From: Chrysomallon squamiferum | Taxonomy: Eukaryota > Animalia > Mollusca | DNA length: 64,000 bases | Direction of reading: 5' to 3' | Assembly: GCA_012295275.1 (NCBI GenBank) | Contig: CM022665.1 | Coordinates: 34,472,001 to 34,536,000 of the forward strand | Shown: piece after piece, positions 23,940 to 35,702 of the stretch | How the letters are laid out: each line of letters opens with the position of its first letter | Position numbering within the stretch: the stretch's first letter is position 1 | Program-made: the position numbers and the translations under genes | Notes under the pieces: model-generated | Databases searched by the model: none | What the model was told of the DNA's origin: nothing | The model's input: only the letters and a program-made list of their open reading frames with translations

Positions 23940-26860
23940 TTAAAGTTTGTGTTTTGTGTTGAGAATGTAATTTGTTACTACAGCGAGGACTAACTCTCTC
24001 TGTCTTTCATGTTTGGTGCCAGGATGTGTTGGAGCGTGAACTCGATTTTTAGTTCCTCCAATGTATTGCGTAGTGCTTGTCTTTCCTTGGCAAAATTTGG
24101 ACAGTGAAACAAGTAGTGTTTCATGGTTTCTGAGAGTCCACAACTGCAGTTGGGTGATGTGGTGATGTTATGTTTGTATCGAATTGCGTTTAGATTGGTT
24201 GAGTAACCAATTCTGGCTTTGGTGAGATTGTTGTTGTGTAGTTTGTTGGCGAGTGGTTTGATGTTTAAGTGCCATTTGTTTTTGGTGTTGTTCCATTCGT
24301 TTTGCCATTGTTTGTCGTAATGTTTGGCAGCGATGGAGAAAATTTCGTTTATTCCATAATGTATGTCTTTGCAGATGACTACGTCTTTAATGCTGAGTGA
24401 CTCTTTGGCGTAATGGTCGATAAGTTCGTTGCCGATGATGCCGACGTGTGCTGGGAGCCACTCGATGGTTAGTTCTTTCTTGTTGTGTTGCATTTCCTCG
24501 TGTAGTTGTTGTATTTTGCTGAGCAGGTCTGGTCTGCTGGAACTTCCGGATTGTATTGAGATCACGGAACTTAGACTGTCCGAGAATATGACTGAGTGTT
24601 TGTTGTTGTTGTGTTTTACCCACAGCATGGCTCTGATTATGGCGACCAATTCGGCCGTATATACCGAAAGGTGATTTCTGATACGGCCGAATTGTGGGTT
24701 TGTTTGTGTGATCTTGGGCTATGAAGGCGAATCCTACTCTCCCGTTGTCTGGGTTTTTGGATCTGTCAGTGTAGATGTGCGTGTGTTGTTTGTAGTGGTC
24801 GTTTGCTGCTGCCAAAAAAATGGCTTTTTTGAACGGTGGGATCTCTGTTTTGTCAGTTTCTCTTTTGATCAGGAAAGGTGTATTTATTGCTGGTTTTGTT
24901 TCTTTGTGGTATGCCGGCAGTGGCATCTCCCCTATTCCTGTTTCCCTTTCGATTTCGCTAGCTGTTGTCGGGAAATTCGATAGTAGTAGATTATGCGATT
25001 TAAAGAGTTGTCCTATCCTTTGTTGGTCGGGGACCAGATCCTTGACCGAGTGTGTGTATTTTCAGGTTGTATTTTAGTAACTGCAGTTTTCTTCTGTATT
25101 TTAATGGTTGGATGCTGTATTCTGACAGGAGGCTGTCGGATGGTGTTGTGTTTGGCAGGAGGCCGATCACTCTGAGGGCGCTGGATTGAATTATGTCTAG
25201 TTTTTTAAAATAGAGTTTGGGAGCATTCGAGTAAGCCGTGGCTCCGTAGTCGAGCTTGGAGAGAATACACGCTTTGTATATCAAAATCAGCCTTGACTCG
25301 TTTGCTCCCCAACTGGTTCCGGAAATTAACTTTAGAAGATTGATTGTTTTTTTGCAGGATGCAATTATGTTGTGTATGTGGCATCGGAAGTTGAGTTGAC
25401 TGTCGAATGTCACACCTAGAAATTTGAATGTCTTTGTTTGTGTTATGACGTTGTTGTCGATGATGAGTGTGATCTTGCTGTTGTCTGATTTCTTGTTGAA
25501 AAGGAGGCATGTCGTTTTCGAAAGAGAAATCTTTATGCCCCATTTCAACGCCCAATCGTTAATGTTGTTTAAGTCTTTTTGTATTTGTTTCTGTATTGCT
25601 GCGTTCGATCTCCATGCCCGCCAGAAGGCGCAGTCGTCTGCAAAGAGTGCTGTATTTATTGGTTCCTTTGGTGGATTTCTGGCGTTGTCTTGTTTGTCGA
25701 GTGCTGTGACGATGTCGTTGATGTAGATGTTGAAGAGTGTTGGCGAGATCACGGATCCTTGGGGGATGCCGTTTTCGATTGTCGTTTTCTCTGAGGTGTG
25801 ACCGTTTACTTTGACTGCTATGGTTCTGTTGTTAATAAAGTCTTTGATAAAGTTGAACATGTTGCCTTTGATGTTGTTGTTGATTAATTTAACGAGCAGT
25901 CCTTCCCTCCATACCATGTCGAATGCTTTTTCAATGTCTAAAAAAACTGCTATGACTTTTTTTGATTTTCGAAAAGATTGATTAATTGATGTTTGCAGGC
26001 GTGTGATCTGGTCGTTTGTGCTGTGTTTCTTCCTGAAGCCGCTTTGAAATTTGCTGATTAAATTGTTGTCGTTTAAATGCTGGTTCAGGCGTGTGTTGAT
26101 CATTGTTTCCAATGTTTTACACATGTGTGACTTCAGCGTGATCGGCCTGTAGCTGTTGGGTAGTGAGTGATCTTTGTGTGGTTTGGGCAAGCTGAAACAC
26201 TCGGCGTGTTTCCAGTTTGTTGGAATCTTGCCTGTGGTCCATATTGTGTTGTAAAGATCGAGTATGACGAATAGTGTTTTGTCTGGTAGGTGTTGTAATA
26301 TTGTGTAGCTTATTTTATCTGGCCCCGTGGCTGTACTTTTCTTGTTTTGAGTGCATGTTTTAGTTCGCTGATGTTGAATAGTTGATTGTATTTCCTGTTT
26401 TCTGTGTCTGCGGAGTGTTCGCCGATTGCTTGGTTGTCCAGTGGTTTCTTTACGAATTTCAATGGGAAGTTTGAGTTGCTGCTGGACTTGGCGAAGCTTC
26501 GGCTGAGTAGATCCGCTTTTTGCTTGTCGGTGAATGCGATGTTGTTTTTGCCGAGTGTTGATTCTGTGGGGTTTTTTGCCTTGGATGTTTTTTATTTTGG
26601 CCCACATGTCTTTGACTGATGTTTTGTGGTCGATGTTGTTGCAAAAAGGTTCCCAGTGTTCTTGTTTTGCGGTGAAAATAAAGTTGGAAACTTCTTTTTT
26701 TGCTATTTTGTATTTTTCGTGTGTGGAATGATTTCTGTCTTTTTTGTATTGTCTTCTGTATTTGTTTCTCTCTTTGCATTCCTAGTAATTCATCTCCGTG
26801 GCCTGTTGAGTGAAGGCCTTTAGCGTTCCATTGAAGAACGGAGAGGCCTGTGTTCTTGGT
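23940..26860 (-). pseudogene. LINE ORF2 (RT + RNase H + CCHC), frameshifted, endonuclease mostly deleted
   Basis: RT: SYRPITL, QSGFRKKHST, VFLDIEKAFD, GIPQGSVISPTLFNIYIND, LFADD, FKFLGVTFD. RNase H: IYTDRSK, VYTAELVAI, IFSDSLS, WLPAHVGIIGNE. Zinc motif CSCGLSETMKHYLFHC. Only LQWNAKGL remains of the APE domain. Confidence 0.88.
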
Positions 26861-26891
26861 GTGCTTATCGTGAAGAGTTTGTAAATGGTTG

Positions 26892-28362
26892 TTACTGTTT
26901 GTTTTGTTTTGTGTTTGTGGAATTTCTCCTGTCTGTGTGTAGTTTTAGTCTTTTGTCGTTTGTGTGTATTTTGAAGCCCAAGCTGTCTTCAATTATCTGG
27001 GCTACTGTCTGCTCCAAATTGGCGTCGTCATTGCCGTTTCCTTGATTGGTTCTGATGTTTTGAAGCTCTGTCAAGAGGCAGACAATAATTTTATGGATTT
27101 TTGCGATCCTGACCTCCTTGTCCAGATTGTCTGTCGGTTTGTTGTTGTGTTGGTCCATTTTTTCCATGATGGTTTTGGTTTTTTGTTCCATTTTCTGGCA
27201 TTTTTTGTTGATATTTTGTAAGATTTTGTTGTCTCTCCTGTTTTGTTCAAAGTTGTTGTTTGCTTTTATTTTGGTTGGGCACATCTTGTAGTGTGATTCG
27301 TGTGGCCCCTGGCAATTTGCGCATTTTGCCAGAGACCGGCATAGGCCTGAGTTTCTGTGGTGATTTCCACCGCAGAAACTACACGTTAAATGTTTCGGGT
27401 TGTGTCTGTGGGTGCACTGGTTTGTGATGTGCCCCCATGTCTGACAGTGGCCGCACTTGGGCAACTGCGGCCTCATTTCTGCCAGTGTATATTTGTAGCC
27501 ATCAATGGTGATCGTTGTGTTCGTTAATTTGCTGTTAAACGTCAGTGTGGTCCAGTAATTTGGATTTTTCCACATTTCCACACCGACTAGTGTTGAATTT
27601 GTTTGTTGTACTAGTTCTTTGTTGAACATTTCAAAGAAATCTAGTTTGTTTGCATAGGGGTAATAAAAACCCAAATCTTTTTAAATGTATTTATATATTG
27701 TTGTATCTTTTGCTTTTGTTGTTTGTTTAGGTTGATGTTGTTGTTGTTTCGTAATTGGTAGTTGTTTTGGCTGCTGTTGTGTCAGCAGTGTTTTTCTGGG
27801 TTGTGGTGTGGGTGTTTTTTTCTGTGTCTGTTTTGTGTCAGGGATTATTTTTGGTAAAACCCTGACAACAAATGTTTCGTCCCAGATGGTAATGTTGGGA
27901 CCGATTGTTTTAAGTGTTTTTGTATCTACTTCGAAGTAGATTTCTTTTCCGTTTTTATTATTGTTCACTTTTGTTGTTTTGTCAATAATGTGTATTTGTG
28001 CTTCTAGTATGTAGCACAACTTTTTGTCGATGGTTGAATGTGGTTTTTTTGTGTGTATTGCGATGGTGGTTCGGCTGTGGGTGTGTTTTGTTCTTTTTCT
28101 TTTAATTATTTTCCAAGCGTTTTGTTCGCTTTCGTCTTCCGTGTTTGTTTCCCGTAGCCTTGCCAAAATGTGTAGATTTCTGTTGATAATTTTTTGTTCT
28201 TCTGTTACTTCTGTGTCCGAATGTGTGTATTGGACTGTGTTGTCGTTTTTTTTCTTTTGTTTTCTGTTGTATGCTCCTGTCCCTGGGTCGTTTTGGAACT
28301 CTAGTTTCCATATCTGAATTATCTGTTCCTGGGCTGTAAATTTTCGTGTTTTTTGTTGCCAT
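26892..28362 (-). pseudogene. LINE ORF1 (gag-like nucleic-acid-binding protein), interrupted
   Basis: CGHCQTWGHITNQC, CSFCGGNHHRNSGLC and CANCQGPHESHYKMCP knuckles in 26892-27674; upstream basic segments 27681-28362 separated by a stop and a frameshift. Confidence 0.8.
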
Positions 28363-29615
28363 GTTTGTTGTGTAAATGTATGGGTTGTTGTTGTTTTGTT
28401 GTTATATTTTTTTTTTTTTTTTTTTTTTTAAATACTTCGATTTTAAAAATATACTTGGATTTTTTAAATATATAGACAATTCTATATTAATTCAAAAAAA
28501 CTAAAGCTAACGCAACTCACTTTCAGATCGAGATAAAGATAAGATATATCGGTTATTTAAGATACCGGAAAGTAAAAGACAAAAGAGGAACAAACAGTAA
28601 AAAAGAAAAAAGAAAAGTAATAAAAGTAACAATAATACAAAAGCCTACAAATAATATAAATAAGAATTTAACTAAGTGGTTTATATAGTCCATTTATAGT
28701 ACATCCCTAACAGTTAAGACTTGGGTTCTTAAACAAATTTTTATAATAATAAAGCTTGTGTCTTCAGATTCTGCTCTCTACTAGCGAAGTATATAACATT
28801 AATATTTTGAATTTGATTTTCAATTGCTAGACAACGTTATAATACACTATTTTCAAATAGGAAGATATTTAAACTTATGTAAAATGCTTTGATTTTTTTT
28901 TTTTTTTTTTTATCTGGATTTTTATTGTTAACAGATGTCTACTGTCTTCTGGTTTTAATAACCAGTCTTGAAAACGAATGACTATAATCAGAAAATAAGA
29001 TAAATTTGCTTGACATGGCAGAAGTAAAATATATCTGATACTGTTAATGTAAACAAATGAGAAATGGTGATTAATATTTCAAAATTTACTATTCAGCATT
29101 AATCAACTCTGCAGGTGTTTAAAAGAGTAAATGATCAATAGGAAACAAAAATACAAATTGTAAAACTGAGATTAATTATAAAGTATTGAACTTGAGAAGA
29201 ATATAGTGGAATAATCAGATATTTTAAATTTGATTTTCCTGCAACGCAGCTACTGAGCTAGCGAACATGTCCGATGCGGAATATGTAACAAACACCATAT
29301 TTTTAAAACAAATTGCATTATATATCGAAATTATTAAAAAAAAAATGCTGTAGTTTTGAAACACATGTTTTATTTTATAATGAAAGTGAATATGTTTTAT
29401 ATCTTAGAAGTTTAAACTGTTATTGAAACTGGGAACTATTTGTTTGAAAGAACTGATGTGCGATAAACTGTTCGCCTGGTGATATCGTTCACGGATTTCA
29501 CAGCGGCTGGAATTGTTCGCTGCCTTTATTTCAATTACGGATTTCGACATAAAAGTGACGTTGGCGTTATTTTCAAATATTGAAGGATTATATTAAATAA
29601 AACCACAGATGAATA

Positions 29616-32102
29616 ATGGCAAAAACTACAAGTATGCTTATTAACATTGTCCTACTTCACACATTTTCACATTGCCAAAATGAACGAAGCCCAAATACTA
29701 AATGGTTTCGTGATAAGCATAGCAAGGTTATTTCCCAACCACTTTCAATGAATGAAAGAGTAAACAATGCAGAGATAGATCAAACTTACGAAACAGATAT
29801 TTATATGAAAAACATTGCATTGACTATTAACAATACAAATTATGAAAAATATCTCAAATTTTGGGCATTTGGTTCGCATTTTAAAATTTATTTGAAAAAA
29901 CAACTGCTATTTCACCCAGAAATGACAATAATCCACGAAGACGGCATTGAGGCAAATGTTGAGATACCAGTATTTTATGCCGGATTCAGCTATGGTTCAT
30001 CGTTGTCTACTGCACATGGTAGATTTTATAATAATAACTTTAAAGGGATTATAAACTGGAAAAATAACATTATAATAATTGAGTGTCCACATGCTCGACT
30101 TTCTCACAGCCATTTTAAAATGTTTTCATGTACAGTTATTCTGAAAATGAATGTTTTTGAAGTCAATAATACAGATTCATGGAATGATTATTATCATGAA
30201 GAGAGGAATTATAAAAAATTTCTTAGTAAATCATTACCTCATGATACCAGATACACTGAAAACAAAAAAATCCATAGTAGGCATAAACGCGCAGTTTCAG
30301 TGCCAAGATCTTGTCACTTGCACTTAGTTGCAGATCATTTATATTTCAAATATGTTGGAAGTTTGAATATTGGAACTACTGTTGAAACAATTATGACAAA
30401 TATTGCCCAGGCAGATACCATTTTTCGTAGTACTGATTTCAATGGTGATGGATATGGAGATAATATAGGATTTGTTGTTGCTAACATAACCATTTACAAT
30501 CACCCATTTGTTCCAGGTTATAAGTTACACAGTGAGGACCTGGATGTATATGAGTATCTTAACCGTTTTTCAGAATATGATTTTGGTGGATATTGCCTTG
30601 GAGTAGCATTTACTTATAGAGATTTTGAAAAAGGAATTGTTGGTTTGGCATGGGTGGGCAGTTCTAGTCCTGTTGGACGTTCTGGAGGAATATGTGATGC
30701 CAGTATTTATGACACAGGTAGCAAAGTGTTCAGTTATAATACATTGCTATTAAGTCAGTTGAATGCTGGTGAATTCTATCCAACTTACAGGGCTGCTCTG
30801 GCATTAACACATGAGATGGGACACAGTTTTGGTTCTGCTCATGATGAAGTTGGTGATAAAACATGTGCTCCAAATGATGAATATGGCAATTTTATCATGT
30901 ATCCATTTGTTATAACAGGAAAAAAGCCAAATAATAAGAAGTTTTCACCCTGCAGTATTAATACTATTAATCCTGTCATTGTTAAGAAAGGTTCTTGTTT
31001 AAAAAAGGATATAGGTCCTGTTTGTGGCAATGGTATTCGAGAAGAAGGTGAACAGTGTGACTGTGGAACAATTGGAACATGTCGTTATATTGATCCATGT
31101 TGCACACCTAGTGATATGGATAATATGGTTGATGAACCTTGCACTTTTGCCTCTGGGAAGATGTGTTCACCAAAGGAATCACCATGTTGTTCAAAACATT
31201 GTATGCCAATAAGTTTAAATGCAAGTCAGATTTGTAATCTTAGGACTGAATGTTCGTTAGAATCATACTGTGATGGAAAAAATGCATCTTGTCCAGCACC
31301 AGTTGCTGTTCCTGATGGGAAGTCTTGTAATGGCGGAAGAATGAGATGTGAAGCAGGAAAATGTACAACAACTGTCTGTGAATGGTTAAAACTCAAAGAC
31401 TGTCAGTGTGTTGATGATCCAAAATTACACTGTCATATTTGTTGCATGCCAGAAAATGCAAGTCAGTCTGAATGTGCTCCTATAGGAACTTTTGATGTTG
31501 CATCAGATGACTTAAAAAATCTTAGAAGTCAACATGGTCAGCCATGCAATGGAAACCAAGGTTTCTGTGATGAAAATGATGAGTGTATTATGGCAAGTAT
31601 TGACAGTATTAACATGAGAATGCAAAATTTTTTCAGTAGTGGTTTTCATGAAGATATTGTAGTATGGTTCAAAACGTACTGGTCTTTTCTGTTTGCAGCA
31701 GTTGCTATTATGTTGACTTTTATGGCATTATTTTTCATAACCTATAAAAAACACCATGATAGCCATGTGGAAGCACTTAGGGTGGCAAGATTGACTACAG
31801 CACTGGAAGAGGCAATTCATCAAAAACATGTCTATTATAAAAAAATTAAACAGTGTAAAGATGAAATTGATAAAAAAATTCTTCAAATAAAATTAGGAAA
31901 ACAACTTGACTCTGCAGAAGCAGTAGCACGTCTTACTACTTTGTTTCCAACAGCACCACTTTTATTAATCATAGAAACAATGAAATTTAGTCCCAATGAA
32001 GAAGCAGCTGTACGACTGCTGTTAATTCGAGGGTTTCCCATGCGGACATTTAATGTATCAATTCCTTCACATAATATCATTTCAAAAAAGACTTTGAATT
32101 AA
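29616..32102 (+). CDS. ADAM10: ADAM10/Kuzbanian-like disintegrin metalloproteinase, intronless copy C (828 aa)
   Basis: Same architecture as copy A: signal peptide, RHKR furin site, HEMGHSFGSAHD, GNFIMYP Met-turn, CGNGIREEGEQCDCG disintegrin, Cys-rich domain, TM helix and tail; single ORF. Confidence 0.93.
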   Translation: MAKTTSMLINIVLLHTFSHCQNERSPNTKWFRDKHSKVISQPLSMNERVNNAEIDQTYETDIYMKNIALTINNTNYEKYLKFWAFGSHFKIYLKKQLLFHPEMTIIHEDGIEANVEIPVFYAGFSYGSSLSTAHGRFYNNNFKGIINWKNNIIIIECPHARLSHSHFKMFSCTVILKMNVFEVNNTDSWNDYYHEERNYKKFLSKSLPHDTRYTENKKIHSRHKRAVSVPRSCHLHLVADHLYFKYVGSLNIGTTVETIMTNIAQADTIFRSTDFNGDGYGDNIGFVVANITIYNHPFVPGYKLHSEDLDVYEYLNRFSEYDFGGYCLGVAFTYRDFEKGIVGLAWVGSSSPVGRSGGICDASIYDTGSKVFSYNTLLLSQLNAGEFYPTYRAALALTHEMGHSFGSAHDEVGDKTCAPNDEYGNFIMYPFVITGKKPNNKKFSPCSINTINPVIVKKGSCLKKDIGPVCGNGIREEGEQCDCGTIGTCRYIDPCCTPSDMDNMVDEPCTFASGKMCSPKESPCCSKHCMPISLNASQICNLRTECSLESYCDGKNASCPAPVAVPDGKSCNGGRMRCEAGKCTTTVCEWLKLKDCQCVDDPKLHCHICCMPENASQSECAPIGTFDVASDDLKNLRSQHGQPCNGNQGFCDENDECIMASIDSINMRMQNFFSSGFHEDIVVWFKTYWSFLFAAVAIMLTFMALFFITYKKHHDSHVEALRVARLTTALEEAIHQKHVYYKKIKQCKDEIDKKILQIKLGKQLDSAEAVARLTTLFPTAPLLLIIETMKFSPNEEAAVRLLLIRGFPMRTFNVSIPSHNIISKKTLN

Positions 32103-32412
32103 CATAGTTTGACAAGATGAATAAATAAGAATATAGTTGATTTTTATAAATATAATGTGAAATAATAATTATTAAACATTTTAAAACTTTGTATACAATT
32201 TTGATTATTTTCTTTCATTTGAAAGGCATTGTTTTATTAGTTAGTTTAAATGTCACACGAATAATACTGATCTTTCTTTACAGTCTTTATATTATAGTTA
32301 TCCGTTTATTGTTGCTGTTTTTGGTTTTGATGTCCAAAAGGTTGGATCAGCATGGAAATCAAGTAAATTTAGATGATTCCTATTTCATTTAACTTTTTAT
32401 TTCATGTAGATT

Positions 32413-32443
<31 letters not shown>

Positions 32444-34229
32444 TATAAAATATAATTTAAAACAACAATGTCCCTGATCTAAAAATGGAAATCTATTTAT
32501 CCATTAAATATATATAAAGAATCAAATTGATTTCCTGACTGCATGATTTTCATAAGCATACCAGACTTTCATTCATAACAGTGGCTGATTGTTTTGTCTT
32601 ATCACAAGTCACTTGTTATATTTTTTTAATTGTAATTACCTTTGACTGAATTCTAATAAATAAAATTAACAATAATTAATAATAATATTAATAAAATAAA
32701 TTAAAAAATTATAATTAAATCAGTAGTTGTGAATGTGATGAGTAATACCAATGTGAAATACGTCTTCAAAAAAAATAAATTAATGGAATTTTCACCTGAT
32801 TTCTCCTTTCTTTATTTGTCTAAGATTAAATTTGAAATCAACGATATGAATAAATCTTCAGCATTCTTTATTATCATTATTACCACCACTACCACTACTA
32901 CTGCTGTAATTTCTTTGGATACTTGATTAACATGTATTAGCATTTGATAAAACTACAGGGTGCTAGTAATGTCAGCACAGTCAATTTAGAATGGAAAACA
33001 AAAGTAAAATAGTAAGAGAAATCTCATATAAATAAACTATTAAAAATCAGTTTATAATGTTAAGAAATACTGATGCTAAAATAATAATAAACGTTTTGGC
33101 TCATACTTCCTTTATTTTACAATTTAGCTGGACTAAATGGAGTAACTATGCTTATTTTATTTATTATTATTGATTCTTTTAACAAATAAGTCCATACATA
33201 CATAAAATAAAAAAGTGTTAACTCTGGATATAAAATGAAAATAGTACTAAATTATATAAAAAAAATTATTTGTATAAAATATTAATTATAACATTCTAAA
33301 ATGGAGGATATATCACTCTGAATCTGCATTAAGACCCGAATATAAAGTAACTTGTAATAAATTTGAAGTGATCATCTCAGAAGCTGTTTGAATCATATCT
33401 ATAGCTATAATTAATTAGGATGCTATTCACCTTGCTGTACTTGCTTAAAATACAGAATACAGAAGCATCAGATATTGTATTTTGTATAGGTCTCTAATTC
33501 TGCTTCTCGCTTTTCTGATACAAAAGCATTAGACTGTCTTGCTGATACCCAGCCCACTATCATTTCTCACTGACATATAAAAGTTTAAACACATAATTAC
33601 AAATTTTGTGGAATTTATAATCTTAAAGTGAAGATTCAAGTTTGGTGGCTCTAAATTCAACAGTCCTATGGACTCGTTTTACGAAATCGGGAAATTCAGC
33701 CAATAAAGAGGTGTCTGCAAAAATTTTCTAAGGATGGTAAGTCTTACCTTATATGCATAATAAATCCAGCATTACAAATTCAGGACTTGGCCACTTCTCC
33801 CACAGACACCCCTGCATATACAGTTTATTATTAGGTTTCAAAGACTTTTGTATTATATTTTGATTATTTACTTAGTGTTTATAATTTTTCTTTACTGTTT
33901 AACATAATGTAATTTAATGTAAAATTCAGTTAAATAATTAATGTTTGTATGAATATGTATATGCATTTTATTGAAAATTATTAGAATTTTAAAATACTGT
34001 GTTACTGAATTGGATACTGCTTACCCCACACAATGTTTGGAATTGTCTGACTCCCAGTTTTTAGCAAAATGAATGAATAAATAAAAGAAAGAAAAAAAAG
34101 AGTTTTTATTATTATTATTGTTATTTTTAATTTTATATATCTTGTTTAGTGCTCTGTGTTTGATATATCAGATAAATGAATGTATTTAAAAAAAAAAAAA
34201 AAATTAATTGTATTATCAAAGAATCATCC

Positions 34230-34410
34230 ATTACAGTGCAAACTGCTCAATGTGGGTTGTTAGAAAAAATGAGCAACAGGTAGAGATCTTTTATATGGAA
34301 CTATCCTTAATAGGAAAGAACCTAGAGTGGCTATTTTATACATTAGTTATGGGTCAAAGATAATAATAGAAAATAATCCAGTGAGTGCACTCAAAAAGAT
34401 ACATTCAACA
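34230..34410 (-). mobile_element. Degenerate SINE-like repeat, same family as 61645-61905
   Basis: aatgagcaac..gatcttttata resembles the reverse complement of taaaagatcctttgctgctaatt at ~61729; from recollection similar to gastropod SINE central domains, not verified. Confidence 0.35.
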
Positions 34411-34809
34411 AAACAATTATAGCATTTATTTCTTCACATTATCTAATCAGTTCATTTTACACTGACAAAAATGCTGGCAGTTATCGAAAAAGACAGTTAA
34501 TGCAGTTTTAAATATGTAACACATTACTGGATTATATTAAGAACTTGGTAGGAATTAATGTTTTATTTACCAACACACTTGAACATATTTTTAACTGACA
34601 GTCATATGTTATTACACATACGGTTAAGGATTTTATATTGCATACAACTTATATGGCACAACTGGCCCAGGTAAGACCCAAACGAGAAGAGTGAGGATAA
34701 TTTTAAAAACTATAACAATCCATGTTAGTGGTAACAATTTTATAAAATTATTTCTATTTTCAAAATTCACTGCATAAATGTATAATGCAACTGGTCATGT
34801 CTCAACAGC

Positions 34810-35366
34810 GGCATAGATTGTAGAGAAAAATGGCACTGTACAGATTTGGAAAAAATGGCACTTTACTTTATTTTTCAGTATAGTTGCTTTAAAAAAAGTT
34901 AAAAGTACTTTTGAAAATACAGTTTAATCGTGCAATATTGTTACATACATGTATATTAATATATAGCATTATTCAGCCACTTGGTTTTGCTTAACAAAGT
35001 TCAGTATTATATCATGTACACATACATATACACAACATACAAATATATATATTATCAGATAATGTTGTCATATTGTATTTTTTTATATTTATAAATATAT
35101 AATTATCATTTTGCATAGTCACAAGATATAATTTTTATATTTTCAACATAGGTATTAAAATATCAGTAATGTCAGTTTAGAATTAACTAAAGACATATTT
35201 ACATTTGTTTTGCCTGACCATTTAATCTCAAATATTATTCATGCACTCTAAACAGGACTACTACCAATAACTAAATGTCAATAAGCAATACAAAATAGTT
35301 TTTGGATGCCATTTTTTCCAAATCTGCACAGTGCCATTTCTTCTGGGTGCCATTTTTCCGTAGCCC
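34810..35366. mobile_element. Mutator-like MITE with a 9-bp TSD upstream of CDAN1
   Basis: Exact flanking direct repeat ctcaacagc at 34801-34809 and 35367-35375; GG...CC ends; inverted subterminal arrays gaaaaatggcactgtacagatttggaaaaaatggca / tgccattttttccaaatctgcacagtgccatt. Confidence 0.8.
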
Positions 35367-35674
35367 CTCAACAGCATACCTAAACTTGTATATTATGTTA
35401 TTTCATGAGGTACATAATAATTTAATATGTCTTAATAAAGCCAAGTAATTACTACTACTGACTGGTCCAATATTTTTTAAGAAAAAAAGAAAGACGATTT
35501 TTATTTTTATTTTTATTTTTTAGAATTTAAAATATAAATTTTGAAATAATAATAATAATAATAATAATAATAAGTACTATTATCATCATCATCATCATCA
35601 TCATCATCGTCATATTCATGGATTTTATATTTGTTTCGTTTCGGTTTAATATTTAATATTTAAATTTATATAAC

Positions 35675-35686
35675 TTTGGCGGCAAA
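35675..35686. promoter_or_regulatory. E2F-type site in the CDAN1 promoter/5' UTR
   Basis: TTTGGCGGCAAA; the minus strand reads TTTGCCGC, matching TTTSSCGC, 16 bp upstream of the ATG. Confidence 0.5.
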
Positions 35687-35702
35687 GACTAATTTCGTAA
35701 AA

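Larger units (their letters stand above)
23900..28560 (-). mobile_element. Degenerate I-group (I/Nimb/Ingi-like) non-LTR retrotransposon
   Basis: ORF1 with three Cys/His knuckles; ORF2 with RT, RNase H and a C-terminal zinc motif; A/C-rich sense strand. Outer boundaries uncertain, and the 3' UTR may extend to ~23251. Confidence 0.9.
21071..29531. mobile_element. ~8.5-kb insertion bounded by 26-bp inverted repeats (putative old DNA transposon with nested elements)
   Basis: aaatgaagccagcgaacatttccagc (21071-21096) matches the reverse complement of 29506-29531 at 23/26. The gcgaaca motif recurs near both ends. Joining the flanks gives a sequence colinear with the ADAM copy-A promoter. Confidence 0.55.

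Noticed and set aside
24429-28317. Many hydrophobic + strand ORFs over the LINE
   Set aside because: Antisense artefacts of the A/C-rich LINE strand
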